This document shows, one piece after another, positions 18,340 to 28,262 of a stretch of 64,000 nt of DNA. Source of the stretch: Rhodothermales bacterium (GTDB taxonomy: Bacteria > Bacteroidota > Rhodothermia > Rhodothermales > DATKEJ01); contig CBDFNN010000004.1 of NCBI GenBank assembly GCA_965250215.1, positions 4,443,403 to 4,507,402 on the forward strand, written 5' to 3'. The notes below the pieces were generated by a model that was given only the letters and a program-made list of their open reading frames with translations, ran no database searches and was not told the DNA's origin. The first letter of the stretch is position 1, and the number at the start of each line of letters is the position of its first letter. The position numbers and the translations under genes were made by a program.

Positions 18340-18449
18340 TTGGCGCTATTTACAAGTACTCCTTTAACAAGGCGAAAATCGATTATGGTCGGTACGTCGT
18401 CCGGAGTCTTCAGGATAGATCGAGACAATCTCAGCCGACACTTTTTCAT
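18336..18449 (-). CDS. 37-aa ORF translationally coupled to the radical SAM gene; candidate precursor or leader peptide
   Basis: Encodes MKKCRLRLSRSILKTPDDVPTIIDFRLVKGVLVNSAK. Its TGA stop overlaps the rSAM ATG (aaATGAagc). It is below the ORF-track length cutoff. Confidence 0.35.
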   Translation of the reverse strand: MKKCRLRLSRSILKTPDDVPTIIDFRLVKGVLVNSAK

Positions 18450-18583
18450 AACTTCAACATGCAAGGTTTAACTGTCGACTAGATTCTTAGATTCAACAAC
18501 CATGAGCAACCATTCCCTAGGGACGCTCGAACTCGCAAATGACTGATCTTCGAGTCCAATATACTTAAGTAACAAAGCCCAAA

Positions 18584-20370
18584 ATGAACGCTTCACGCAA
18601 GGTCCAAAGAATCAAGTTCAAACAATCAAGCTGTCTCATCTCGTCGGCAATTCTTATCGCTGCCCTGTCTTTCGCTCCTCAAAAGATGCAGGCTCAGACC
18701 CGGGACATCCACATCGAAATCTCCCTTTCGGATGCATTGCAAGCGAACGAGACAAATCCTATCGATGGGCGCGTTCTTGTGATGCTTACCCGCAACGATG
18801 AATCCGAACCGCGTTCGCAGGTTACGGCCGGCTACAAAGCAATTCCGATATTCGGTGTTGACATCAACGAGTTCGACGCGAAGGGATCGATCGTATTCGA
18901 CGGGTCGGTTTTTGGATACCCGATTGAGAGCCTCAACAATTTGCCAAGCGGACGCTACTTCGTCCAGGCGCTCATCCACAAGTACGACACCTTCCAGCTC
19001 GCCACTGGCCACACCGTCAAACTTCCGATGCCACGTGGCGCGGGCCAGAACTGGCGAAAGGAGCCCGGCAACCTTTTCAGCACTCCAGTGCCTATCGAGA
19101 TTACGGATGCTGCGGTAGAAACAATCCGCCTAACGATCGATCAGGTGAATCCGCCGATTGCCGCCGCTGAAGACACAAAGTACATCAAACATATCCGCAT
19201 CAAGAGTCAGCTGCTTTCAGATTTCTGGGGTCGCGATATGCACCTCGGGGCTCACGTCCTCGTACCACACGGCTTTGACGAAAAACCGGATGCTCGCTAC
19301 CCGCTGATGGTTTTTCATGGCCACTTTCCAGACGACTTCGGCGGTTTCCGGACTACCCCACCCGACCCCAATCTAAAAGCCGATTACAGCACGCGGTTCA
19401 GCCTCGCCGGATACAACATTATCCAGCAACAGGAAGCGTACGACTTCTATGAAAAGTGGATTAGAGACGACTTTCCGCGTTTCATTGCTGTCGAGATTCA
19501 GCACGACAATCCCTACTACGATGATTCCTACGCGGTCAACTCCGCCAATCTCGGCCCCTACGGCGACGCCATCATGAAAGAGCTAGTACCCGAGATCGAG
19601 CGGCAATTCCGCGGCATCGGCGAGGGCTGGGCTCGTTTCACCTATGGCGGTTCTACCGGCGGATGGGAGGCGATGGCGGTACAACTCTTTTATCCAGATG
19701 ACTTCAACGGAGCATTCGCTGCGTGCCCGGATCCGTTGGACTTCCGCGAGTTCGTGCAGGTGAATCTGTACGAAGACAAGAACGCATACTACTACGAATC
19801 CGAATTCCGCCCCATGGATAGGCCGGCTCGACGCGACTACCTTGGACAACTTCAAGGCACGGCGCGAGATTACAATCACCTCGAGTTGGTACTTGGAACG
19901 AAGGGACGGTCGGGTGACCAATACGATATTTGGCAGGCCGTCTATTCGCCGATGGGAGATGATGGCTATCCGAAACCGATCTATGATAAGCTAACTGGCG
20001 AGATCGATCCAGACGTCGCGGTCTATTGGAAGGAGAACTACGACCTGAACTACATTATGAAGCGTGACTGGGAAACACTCGGGCCGAAGCTCAAGGGAAA
20101 CTACACGTGTATGCCGGTGACATGGACAACTACTACCTCAACAACGGGGTCTATCTAGTTGAAGACTTTCTCGAAAGCACAATTGATCCATACTACAATG
20201 GTATTGTCGACTACGGCGACCGTGCGGAGCATTGCTGGAACGGCGACCAGGAGAATTCGAACGCGATCAGTCGGCTCCGCTATAATACTCGATATTTACC
20301 CTTGATAAAGCAAAGGCTGCGGGAGTCTGCACCAACGGGGTGGGACTGGGGTGGTAGTCTGGATCGATAA
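18584..20370 (+). pseudogene. secreted esterase (putative-esterase / enterochelin-esterase-like alpha/beta hydrolase) with a -1 frameshift near 20100
   Basis: ORF 18584..20158 ends in junk (TCMPVTWTTTTSTTGSI). The conserved continuation (HVYAGDMDNYYLNNGVYLVEDF...) is in another frame (ORF 20107..20370), and the shift lies in the gggaaact run. Confidence 0.6.
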
Positions 20371-20553
20371 TTGATTGGCTAATGATTGAGAGCTCGCTGA
20401 TCGCAATGATGAACAGGTTCTAAACATGCAATTCACTCCAGATTTCCCTTCCCAACTAGGCAGATATGGGCTTAGCGCAGACACGATGTATCTTGTCCCG
20501 GAATACGCAAACATAATTTCAATTTTAGTTCGAGATCAGCTGGTAGTATTCAA

Positions 20554-21588
20554 ATGAAAATCATATATCTCATTCTTCTCGCGCTTTGCTTTCAAAGTGT
20601 AGAGGCTCAAGGGCAGCGCTGGTCCGAACGGCGAGAGCTTGGGAGCAATTCCGAGCCTCTAAGCAAATTGAAAGTTCAGGGCAATGACTTCGTCAACCAA
20701 GAAGGTGTGACGGTCATCCTAAAAGGCTACTCATCAAGCGACCCAGATCGGCTTGCGAGCATTCGAAGATGGGACAAATCCTACTTCGAGGAATTGAAAG
20801 AATGGGGCGCGAACGTCGTCCGTTTTCCTGTTCATCCAAGGGCTTGGAGAAGCAGGGGTGAGTCAGATTATCTCTACCTCCTCGATCAGGGAATCGAATG
20901 GGCCACCGAGCTCGGGATCTATGTGATCATCGATTGGCACAGCATCGGAAATTTGGAGTCAGAGCTCTTTCAGAGTCGTCAATACAATACGACTAAGAAG
21001 GAGACCTTCGAATTCTGGACCACCATTTCGAGACGCTACGGAAAAAACTCTACGGTAGCTTTCTACGAATTATTCAATGAACCGACGGTGTTCAACGGGA
21101 AGCTCGGAGTTACAAGCTGGGATGAGTGGAAGGAACTCAACGAAGAGATGATCACCATCATTCGAGCTTACGATGCAGAAGGCATTCCTCTTGTGGCCGG
21201 CTTCAATTGGGCCTACGATCTCAGCGGAGTTCGCGACAATCCAGTCGATGCAAAGGACATCGGATATGTCAGCCATCCATATCCTCAAAAGAGAGAAAAA
21301 CCCTGGGAAGACAAGTGGACCGAGGACTGGGGATTTGTAAAAGAGAACTATCCGCTGATCCTAACTGAAATCGGCTTTGCAGGGGAAGAAGAACGAGGCG
21401 CTCACATTCCTGTCACCAGCGATGAGTCATACGGGGAGGCCATCACCGCCTATGCTGATGATAGAGGTATTTCCTACATCGTCTGGATATTCGATGCTCG
21501 ATGGTCTCCGCGGCTTTTCTCCGACTGGCAATATACTCCGACGAGGCAAGGCACTTTGTTCAAGGCTAAAATGACGGAAAAGAAGTGA
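20554..21588 (+). CDS. glycoside hydrolase family 5 (endoglucanase/mannanase-like)
   Basis: Signal peptide. GH5 catalytic motifs are present: the acid/base in LFNEP and the nucleophile in LTEIGF. Confidence 0.8.
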   Translation: MKIIYLILLALCFQSVEAQGQRWSERRELGSNSEPLSKLKVQGNDFVNQEGVTVILKGYSSSDPDRLASIRRWDKSYFEELKEWGANVVRFPVHPRAWRSRGESDYLYLLDQGIEWATELGIYVIIDWHSIGNLESELFQSRQYNTTKKETFEFWTTISRRYGKNSTVAFYELFNEPTVFNGKLGVTSWDEWKELNEEMITIIRAYDAEGIPLVAGFNWAYDLSGVRDNPVDAKDIGYVSHPYPQKREKPWEDKWTEDWGFVKENYPLILTEIGFAGEEERGAHIPVTSDESYGEAITAYADDRGISYIVWIFDARWSPRLFSDWQYTPTRQGTLFKAKMTEKK

Positions 21589-21738
21589 GGAGTGTTGAGT
21601 GTGGCTGGGATTCTGCGCGTCTCCAATCCCCAATCACAATCTTGACCAAGAATCGATCAAGATGAGCCGGCCTTCAACGAATGCGTAGGGTATATTGCCC
21701 AAGTTCTGGTTTTGAAATCTGACCTTTGACCTCTGTCC

Positions 21739-23154
21739 ATGCTCTCCACAAAATCCTCTCCCCTCGAAGTCTATACCGACGGATCTCATCTTAAAACCAA
21801 AGGTGACCTAGGCTACGGAATATGGCTTGAATACGGAGATAGAGAATATGCCCTTAGTGGTGTCAGCACCCCAACATTTCTAAAGGAGGCTTATGACATC
21901 GACGAAGCAAATGTGTCAAATCCGACGATGGAGATGGTGGCTCTCGTCAAAACCTTGGAGATCTTCGACGGACTTGGAGAGCACATAATCATCTATGCAG
22001 ATTACATGGGGGTGCAAAAATGGGTGAAAGGAGAATGGAAGGCAAAAAAACCCTACATCATCAAATTGCGGGATCGGGCTCAAGATCACATACAAAGTAT
22101 CGAAGATGCTGGTGGGTCGGTTAAACTGAAATGGGTCAAAGGGCACAATGGAAATCACGGAAACGAAATGGCCGACGAATATGCCACGATGTTGGATGAA
22201 TACGATTCGCTAACGCCATTCGTCACAGGCAAGGAATCGAAAATCAGTGCAGCCAATCCAAATCTATTTTCAGAGCCACAACCCTGGTCAAGGATTAGAA
22301 ACAAGAAACGAGAAACGATGGACGATTCTTCTGCAAACGCGTCTTATTCCACAGACAAGATCCGCAAAGCCATCGAAGATGGCATAGCCGACAGAAGCCA
22401 CTTCGACGCCTTTATCGAACTCCTAGACAAGGGCGCTGTCCGAACTGCTGAACCTAATGGCAATGGTGCTTGGTCGGTCAATGCGTGGGTCAAACAAGGT
22501 ATTCTGCTCGGATTCCGATTGGGAGAGATAGAGGCCATGCCTCTCTCTCCCCAATTCTTTGACAAAGACACCTATCCACTGAAGGAGATGAAACTGCAGG
22601 ACAAGGTCCGTGTGGTTCCGGGTGGCTCCTCAATTAGGAAGGGATGTTTTGTAGCTCCGGGAGTTGTGTGCATGCCTCCCTGCTATATTAATGTCGGTGC
22701 TTATGTCGGTGCCGGAACGATGGTCGACTCCCACGCCTTGGTTGGATCAGCGGCGCAGATCGGTAAAAATGTTCACCTTTCGGCGGGTGCTCAAATTGGA
22801 GGCGTCTTGGAGCCTATTGGTGCGATGCCTGTCATCGTAGAGGACGATGCCTTTATCGGTGCATTGTCAGGCCTATTCGAGGGCGTGCTTGTGAAATCTC
22901 AAGCGATCATTGCCTCAGGTGTAATCATCACTGCTTCAACACCTATTTTCGATCTGGTCAATGAGAAAGTCATCCGATGCGACGAGAATGGTGTTACAGA
23001 AATCCCATCAGGCGCGGTTGTTATTCCCGGTTCTCGAAAAATTGATACCGACTTCGGTCGAGAATATGGATTGACAATCCAGACTCCTCTCATTGTCAAA
23101 TATCGCGAAGATGGAGGCAGCGTTGGACTTGAACTGGAGTCTGCACTTAGATAA
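21739..23154 (+). CDS. dapD: fusion protein: N-terminal RNase HI domain plus C-terminal tetrahydrodipicolinate N-succinyltransferase (DapD)
   Basis: The first ~150 aa carry RNase HI catalytic positions (YTDGS, MEMVAL, IYADY, KGHNGNHGNEMADEYA). Residues ~195-471 are collinear with E. coli DapD, including hexapeptide repeats (NVGAYVGAGTMVDSHALVGSAAQIGKNVHLSAGAQIGGVLEP). There is no stop between the domains. Confidence 0.7.
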   Translation: MLSTKSSPLEVYTDGSHLKTKGDLGYGIWLEYGDREYALSGVSTPTFLKEAYDIDEANVSNPTMEMVALVKTLEIFDGLGEHIIIYADYMGVQKWVKGEWKAKKPYIIKLRDRAQDHIQSIEDAGGSVKLKWVKGHNGNHGNEMADEYATMLDEYDSLTPFVTGKESKISAANPNLFSEPQPWSRIRNKKRETMDDSSANASYSTDKIRKAIEDGIADRSHFDAFIELLDKGAVRTAEPNGNGAWSVNAWVKQGILLGFRLGEIEAMPLSPQFFDKDTYPLKEMKLQDKVRVVPGGSSIRKGCFVAPGVVCMPPCYINVGAYVGAGTMVDSHALVGSAAQIGKNVHLSAGAQIGGVLEPIGAMPVIVEDDAFIGALSGLFEGVLVKSQAIIASGVIITASTPIFDLVNEKVIRCDENGVTEIPSGAVVIPGSRKIDTDFGREYGLTIQTPLIVKYREDGGSVGLELESALR

Positions 23155-23313
23155 GATGTTCTTTCGACTCAATTTCGCTTTGAGTTTTTTTCGAGGTAGA
23201 GGCCGAGCACTGACTCTCTTTTCAACCGTGTTGGAGATCACACTTCACGTTTCAAAAAGAGCCATGTCTGCATTCCTGTTATGATTTATTACACGGTCCT
23301 GATAGAAATTGGG

Positions 23314-25500
23314 CTAAGCATTGCTAACGCAACCACGATTCATAGCCCTTTGCCATAGAAAGACCTGAATTGCGGCGATTGCAAATCCCCAAATACCGGC
23401 AGCGATAGGCTGACTTGTGATCACGCAAGACGCAAGAATAAATTCGAGTACTACTACGACATTGACCACGAATGTCATGAGTGATATCCACTCAATCAGC
23501 ACTCGGCAGGTGCTAGCGTCACAACTTCTGGCCCAAACGATCGACAAGTATGAGCCAAGAATGAGAGGAATCACACCGGCTAGCATCCACGAACAGGTCG
23601 GGCAAAATCCAGCGTAAATCAGAACAAATCCGAGTAGCACTAGGGCTTGCCATAGAAAGCTGAACCAATCGCACCTCGTAGGCTTGCATATCAGGATCCA
23701 AAGAGTGATGAACAAAATGAACAACACCGCACCTACAGCCATGAGACCCAATCCAAGCGCCAAAGCATAAGGAGGTGCAATAATTGGAGCTGACACTGTG
23801 GGGCAAGCGGTCATTATTGCACCCAAAAAGAAGAGACCCAAACCGATCAGCGCAAATATCTTGAATAAGATACAGGGCAGGAACACCTCTGTTGGAGGTG
23901 GGGGCGGGCAATGTTGAACTAGATGAGTAACAACATCACTACAGCCTTCTGAACTGGCTTCGAGACTAATGAGATGCTGCTCACCTTCCGCAAGTTCTAT
24001 TTCGATGCTTGTGTCCGAATCCGGCAGATCTGTATTATTGTCTCTCCATTCTAAGGAAGCGTTGTTTGGAGGCGAATCAACTTCGACGGTATAGCTTCCA
24101 GGATCTAAACAATCTGTGTCCGTGACATCTGCACCCGTGCTGTCAGTAACTTTTAGGCTGAGAGAAAAGTCACTGCAATCTTTGCAACCTTCGGGGTTAA
24201 CTCCACCACTAGCCGTGCATCCCGCTTGGGATACGGCGACCGATATAGATTTTTCATCCCCCTCTCCGATAGAGAAATCAAAGTTGGCTGCATTTGTGTT
24301 TTGATTTACTCCACCCGACGACCAACTATAGTCGATTCCCGATCCCGTTGGAGAGCTAACAATTACGGAATAGTCTCCTGGAGGTAAACAATCTAGATCA
24401 GTGACATCGTCCCCGTTTTGATTTTCGATTTTCAAGTCAACTGAAAAATCTCTACAGTCCGCGCATCCAGCGAGTGTCACGGAGCCGCTTCCAAGGCACT
24501 CCCCTGCTTGAACCGCGACCGAGATGCTTTTCGAGTCTCCTGCTACAATCGAAAGCGGGTATTCCGAGCCAGTTTCGCTACTGTCAGATTCTCCATCGAC
24601 TGACCAGTTTATGTTGTCCAGTCCAGAGGAAGGCTGTTCAATCTTTACGGTATAGTCACCTGGTGACAAGCATGGATCGATTACGTCGACTTGATTTCCT
24701 GCACCATCAAGGACTACTAATACTAAGTCAACATCGCATGCACACGTCTTGAGTTCAAAGGGTTGTTGTGAGAGACAAATCGAGTTCGGTCCAGATGATA
24801 TTTCAATACCGATTACAGCATCGCTAACCTGATCAGGAGCGGTGTAGACATGGTCAACTTCAACGCTTCGAACGCCATTTGCGTCAGGATTAGGTAACCA
24901 ACCACCTGCCTGTGAGTCCTCCCCCGGTTGGTTGTCGTCATCTGCGCCAAAAAACCATGTGTAAGTGGCGTCGGGAGAGTTCGATATTTGTGCTTCGATG
25001 TGAACAGAAAGAAGTCCATTTTCACAATCGCTAACTGTTATATCGAAGCTTACATCTGGACAACCACCCTCGTTGCATCGGATCGAATCTATTGGAAAGT
25101 CTTCCTTGCAATCTCCGTCATCTGCACATTCGACAAAGACCAATATCTTGTGTCGAGCTTCGCAAATGAAGTCACCCAGAGAGAAATCGTTATTCGCAAC
25201 CGAAAACTCGACGCTCCATAAACCATTGATGACGTCAACCGTCTTTTGGGGAGTTTGCGTACTTGTATCGTCGTTTGATACAAATACCATGACTTCGGAG
25301 CAATCTGTTGCTTGACCGGATACCGTGAGGCTAGAAATGCCTTGACCTAAATTAGCTTCTTGACCAACTAGTGGGTTTAGGGAAATGGAACATGCCATAA
25401 TTTTTTTCAGTTTCGGCCAGAAAGCCGGATTGAATGGACCCGAGATACCTATACCTAACGCTGTTTTATTACGAAAAAGATCATGGGCACACAAATTCAA
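23314..25500 (-). CDS. large hypothetical protein: Cys-rich repeated extracytoplasmic-type domains followed by a C-terminal polytopic Cys-rich membrane domain
   Basis: 728 aa. The ~85-aa repeats contain CxDC and D-rich segments. The C-terminal ~200 aa has 6-7 predicted TM helices. The start is uncertain. Confidence 0.5.
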   Translation of the reverse strand: MNLCAHDLFRNKTALGIGISGPFNPAFWPKLKKIMACSISLNPLVGQEANLGQGISSLTVSGQATDCSEVMVFVSNDDTSTQTPQKTVDVINGLWSVEFSVANNDFSLGDFICEARHKILVFVECADDGDCKEDFPIDSIRCNEGGCPDVSFDITVSDCENGLLSVHIEAQISNSPDATYTWFFGADDDNQPGEDSQAGGWLPNPDANGVRSVEVDHVYTAPDQVSDAVIGIEISSGPNSICLSQQPFELKTCACDVDLVLVVLDGAGNQVDVIDPCLSPGDYTVKIEQPSSGLDNINWSVDGESDSSETGSEYPLSIVAGDSKSISVAVQAGECLGSGSVTLAGCADCRDFSVDLKIENQNGDDVTDLDCLPPGDYSVIVSSPTGSGIDYSWSSGGVNQNTNAANFDFSIGEGDEKSISVAVSQAGCTASGGVNPEGCKDCSDFSLSLKVTDSTGADVTDTDCLDPGSYTVEVDSPPNNASLEWRDNNTDLPDSDTSIEIELAEGEQHLISLEASSEGCSDVVTHLVQHCPPPPPTEVFLPCILFKIFALIGLGLFFLGAIMTACPTVSAPIIAPPYALALGLGLMAVGAVLFILFITLWILICKPTRCDWFSFLWQALVLLGFVLIYAGFCPTCSWMLAGVIPLILGSYLSIVWARSCDASTCRVLIEWISLMTFVVNVVVVLEFILASCVITSQPIAAGIWGFAIAAIQVFLWQRAMNRGCVSNA

Positions 25501-25565
25501 TTTCGGAATCTCACTTTTGGCTGATTGAAACCGATCAAGTCAAGCGCTAAAGCGTTACCAGAGAC

Positions 25566-26192
25566 ATGCGTTTGATTGATCACCTTGTCTATTGTGTGCC
25601 TGAGCTCGAGAAAGCGTGTTCTTACCTGGCCCAAGTTCTGGGAGTCGAACCAAGTATGGGTGGTCGGCACTTGACCAAGGGCACCAAAAACGCCGTCCTA
25701 AATCTAGGAAACGCTTGCTATCTGGAAGTCCTCGCTCTTGACCAAGACAACGAAGAGAGAAATGGTCCTCGATGGATGGGAATCGATTTAATCAGCTCCC
25801 CAAGGGTAACTCGATGGAGCCTCAAGTCTCAGACTCTTTTCTCCGATTCAGAAGTATTGAAAAGCTACAATCCCAGAATGGGCGAAATTGATGGTGGCAG
25901 CAGAGAACTGGGCGGTGGTGGAATATTAGAATGGCAGATGACTCTCCCCCTTGCCGAACCAATAATCGATCTAGTTCCTTTCGTGACGCAGTGGCCTGTG
26001 ACCAGTATTCATCCCACAGAACGAATGGAAAATATCTGTTCCTTGGAATACATCCGCTTTACTCACCCAGAGCCGAAAGCCATCCAAGAAGTATTCAATC
26101 AGCTTGAAATAGAGAATAGACTTTTAAAGGGAGCGGAGCCAGAAATCAGGATCGGAATCCGAGGGCCAAAAGGATTTTTGGAATTGAAATAA
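25566..26192 (+). CDS. VOC (glyoxalase/bleomycin-resistance-like) family protein
   Basis: 208 aa beginning MRLIDHLVYCVPELEKA, which resembles a VOC N-terminus. Weak assignment. Confidence 0.4.
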   Translation: MRLIDHLVYCVPELEKACSYLAQVLGVEPSMGGRHLTKGTKNAVLNLGNACYLEVLALDQDNEERNGPRWMGIDLISSPRVTRWSLKSQTLFSDSEVLKSYNPRMGEIDGGSRELGGGGILEWQMTLPLAEPIIDLVPFVTQWPVTSIHPTERMENICSLEYIRFTHPEPKAIQEVFNQLEIENRLLKGAEPEIRIGIRGPKGFLELK

Positions 26193-26614
26193 TGCCGGCA
26201 GAAAAAACGATCACTATTATTGGAGCTGGACTAAGTGGTCTGACTCTAGCCTACCTACTCCGCGATTCGGAGTATGAGGTCCAAGTTCTTGAATCTCGTG
26301 AAAGACTTGGCGGTCGGATATTCACATCCATAAGTTCGGACGGGACACCCCTAGAAATGGGCGCCACCTGGTTCGGGTCAAAACATCTAAATTTTTCTTG
26401 GCTCTTGAACGAACTAGGAGTCGAGACTAAGGAGCAAGATTTGGGCGACCAAGCACACTATGAGTCGATTTCGACCAGTCCACCGATGTTGGTAGATCTG
26501 CCGCCTTCAGCAGATCCAACTTTCAAATTAAAAACGGGCACAGGACAGGATATATGGATGGGGCCGTTTCCAGCGCGATGGGTATTGCGGCTAGCTTACT
26601 GGAGAAATAGCTAG
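26192..26614 (+). pseudogene. N-terminal fragment of an FAD-dependent amine oxidase-type oxidoreductase
   Basis: Rossmann dinucleotide motif ITIIGAGLSGL and the ESRERLGGR motif are present. The ORF stops after 140 aa (full-length enzymes are about 450 aa), and the downstream frame does not continue the family. Confidence 0.55.
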
Positions 26615-26756
26615 CTGGCAGCTGGATATATAGTTTGTCTGCTCAGCAGTGAACAGATTGTAGAACGGATTCGCAGTGCCAGGTGCTGGCGTCACTTGCC
26701 TTAGCTGATCGGACTAGGTTACATTGACGTGGACCATCGCACTAATCAAAGACACC

Positions 26757-28262
26757 ATGACTCCCTTCAAATCGACTCTGCTCCTCTTCCTAGTCCTCGG
26801 TTTCAGCTCGCAGCTCAACTCTCAATCGCTAGGATGGTTTGAATCATCTACGGACATTGGTGATGTAGTACATGACGGAAAAGCAGAATACGATTCGAAC
26901 GCACAAGTCTACACCATCACAGGAGGTGGCGAAAACATGTGGTTCGACAAAGATGAGTTTCACTATCTGTGGCGAAAAGCCTCCGGTGACTTGTCCATCT
27001 CGGCAGACATCGAGATTCTGCCATCAGATCTTGGGGCTAATGCTCATCGAAAGGGCGTGCTAATGATCCGCAGTGGCCTGGATACCAACTCGGCCTACGT
27101 TAGCGTCGCCTTGCACGGAAACGGACTTACTTCACTTCAATATCGATATGAAAATGGAGGTCTTACCAGTGAAGTGCAGACTTCCGTCTCGGGGCCGCAT
27201 CGACTTCGTCTCGAGAAAGTAGGTGACAGTGTATGGATGTCGATCGCGGGGGAAGGCGAAGAACTCCGTTCCGCCGGTTCATCAGCCAAGGTTAAGTTGG
27301 AGGGCGAGCTCTACATCGGATTGGGAGTGTGCGCTCACGAAAAGGATCGTACAGAGACAGTTCGATTTTCCAATGTTGTTTTGACTCAGGGGACAGAAAT
27401 GAAATATGGCGAAGAGGGTGTAGAGTCAACTCTTGAAAGAATCGATATGAGTTCAGTCGCATTCGACAGACGGGCTATCTACACAACCAACAAGAGATTC
27501 GAAGCACCGAACTGGTCGATGGACAACAAACTCTACTTCAATATGGAAGGAGAGATCTACGTCATCTCCGCAGATGGAGGCGAGCCGGTCAAGCTAGATA
27601 TGGGCTTTGCCAATCGTGCCAATAACGATCACGGTATTTCCCCGGATGGTAAGACTTTCATAATTAGCGACCAGTCACAATTGGGAGGCGGCTCGCGCAT
27701 ATACACCTTACCCATTGAAGGTGGTACACCAAAATTGATCACCCCAGAAGCACCAGCCTACTGGCATGGAGTTTCACCAGACGGCCAAACTCTAGTCTAC
27801 GTTGGACAGGAGGCCGGAGTAAATGATTACGACATCTTTACTGTCCCGATTGATGGCGGTCCCAGAACTCGGATTACAAGCGCGACGGGACTTGATGATG
27901 GTCCAGACTATTCACCAGATGGTCAATTCATTTGGTTCAACTCTATGCGAACGGGCACCATGCAAATTTGGAAAATGAAGGCCGATGGAAGCGACCAAAC
28001 TCAGATGACCTTCGATGAATCGAATGATTGGTTTCCACATCCTTCTCCCGATGGAAAATGGATCGTCTTTGTCTCCTACGAAGCAGAGGTCGAAGGCCAT
28101 CCCGCCTACAAAGATGTTACACTTAGACTAATGCCGACGGAAGGAGGAGAGCCAAAGGTCATGGCGAGACTCTTCGGCGGGCAAGGCACGATCAATGTGC
28201 CGTCCTGGTCCCCAGACTCAAAGCATTTCGCCTTTGTAAGTCATCGGCTGACTAAAGAATAG
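26757..28262 (+). CDS. secreted protein with C-terminal TolB-like (PD40/WD40-like) beta-propeller
   Basis: Signal peptide MTPFKSTLLLFLVLGFSSQLNSQS. Repeated blades are SPDGKTF, SPDGQTL, YSPDGQF, PSPDGKW and WSPDSKHF. Confidence 0.7.
   Translation: MTPFKSTLLLFLVLGFSSQLNSQSLGWFESSTDIGDVVHDGKAEYDSNAQVYTITGGGENMWFDKDEFHYLWRKASGDLSISADIEILPSDLGANAHRKGVLMIRSGLDTNSAYVSVALHGNGLTSLQYRYENGGLTSEVQTSVSGPHRLRLEKVGDSVWMSIAGEGEELRSAGSSAKVKLEGELYIGLGVCAHEKDRTETVRFSNVVLTQGTEMKYGEEGVESTLERIDMSSVAFDRRAIYTTNKRFEAPNWSMDNKLYFNMEGEIYVISADGGEPVKLDMGFANRANNDHGISPDGKTFIISDQSQLGGGSRIYTLPIEGGTPKLITPEAPAYWHGVSPDGQTLVYVGQEAGVNDYDIFTVPIDGGPRTRITSATGLDDGPDYSPDGQFIWFNSMRTGTMQIWKMKADGSDQTQMTFDESNDWFPHPSPDGKWIVFVSYEAEVEGHPAYKDVTLRLMPTEGGEPKVMARLFGGQGTINVPSWSPDSKHFAFVSHRLTKE

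Noticed and set aside
18626-19118. Several 100-130-aa ORFs on both strands inside the esterase gene
   Set aside because: They overlap a conserved alpha/beta-hydrolase CDS in other frames with no family signal. They are typical GC-rich shadow ORFs.
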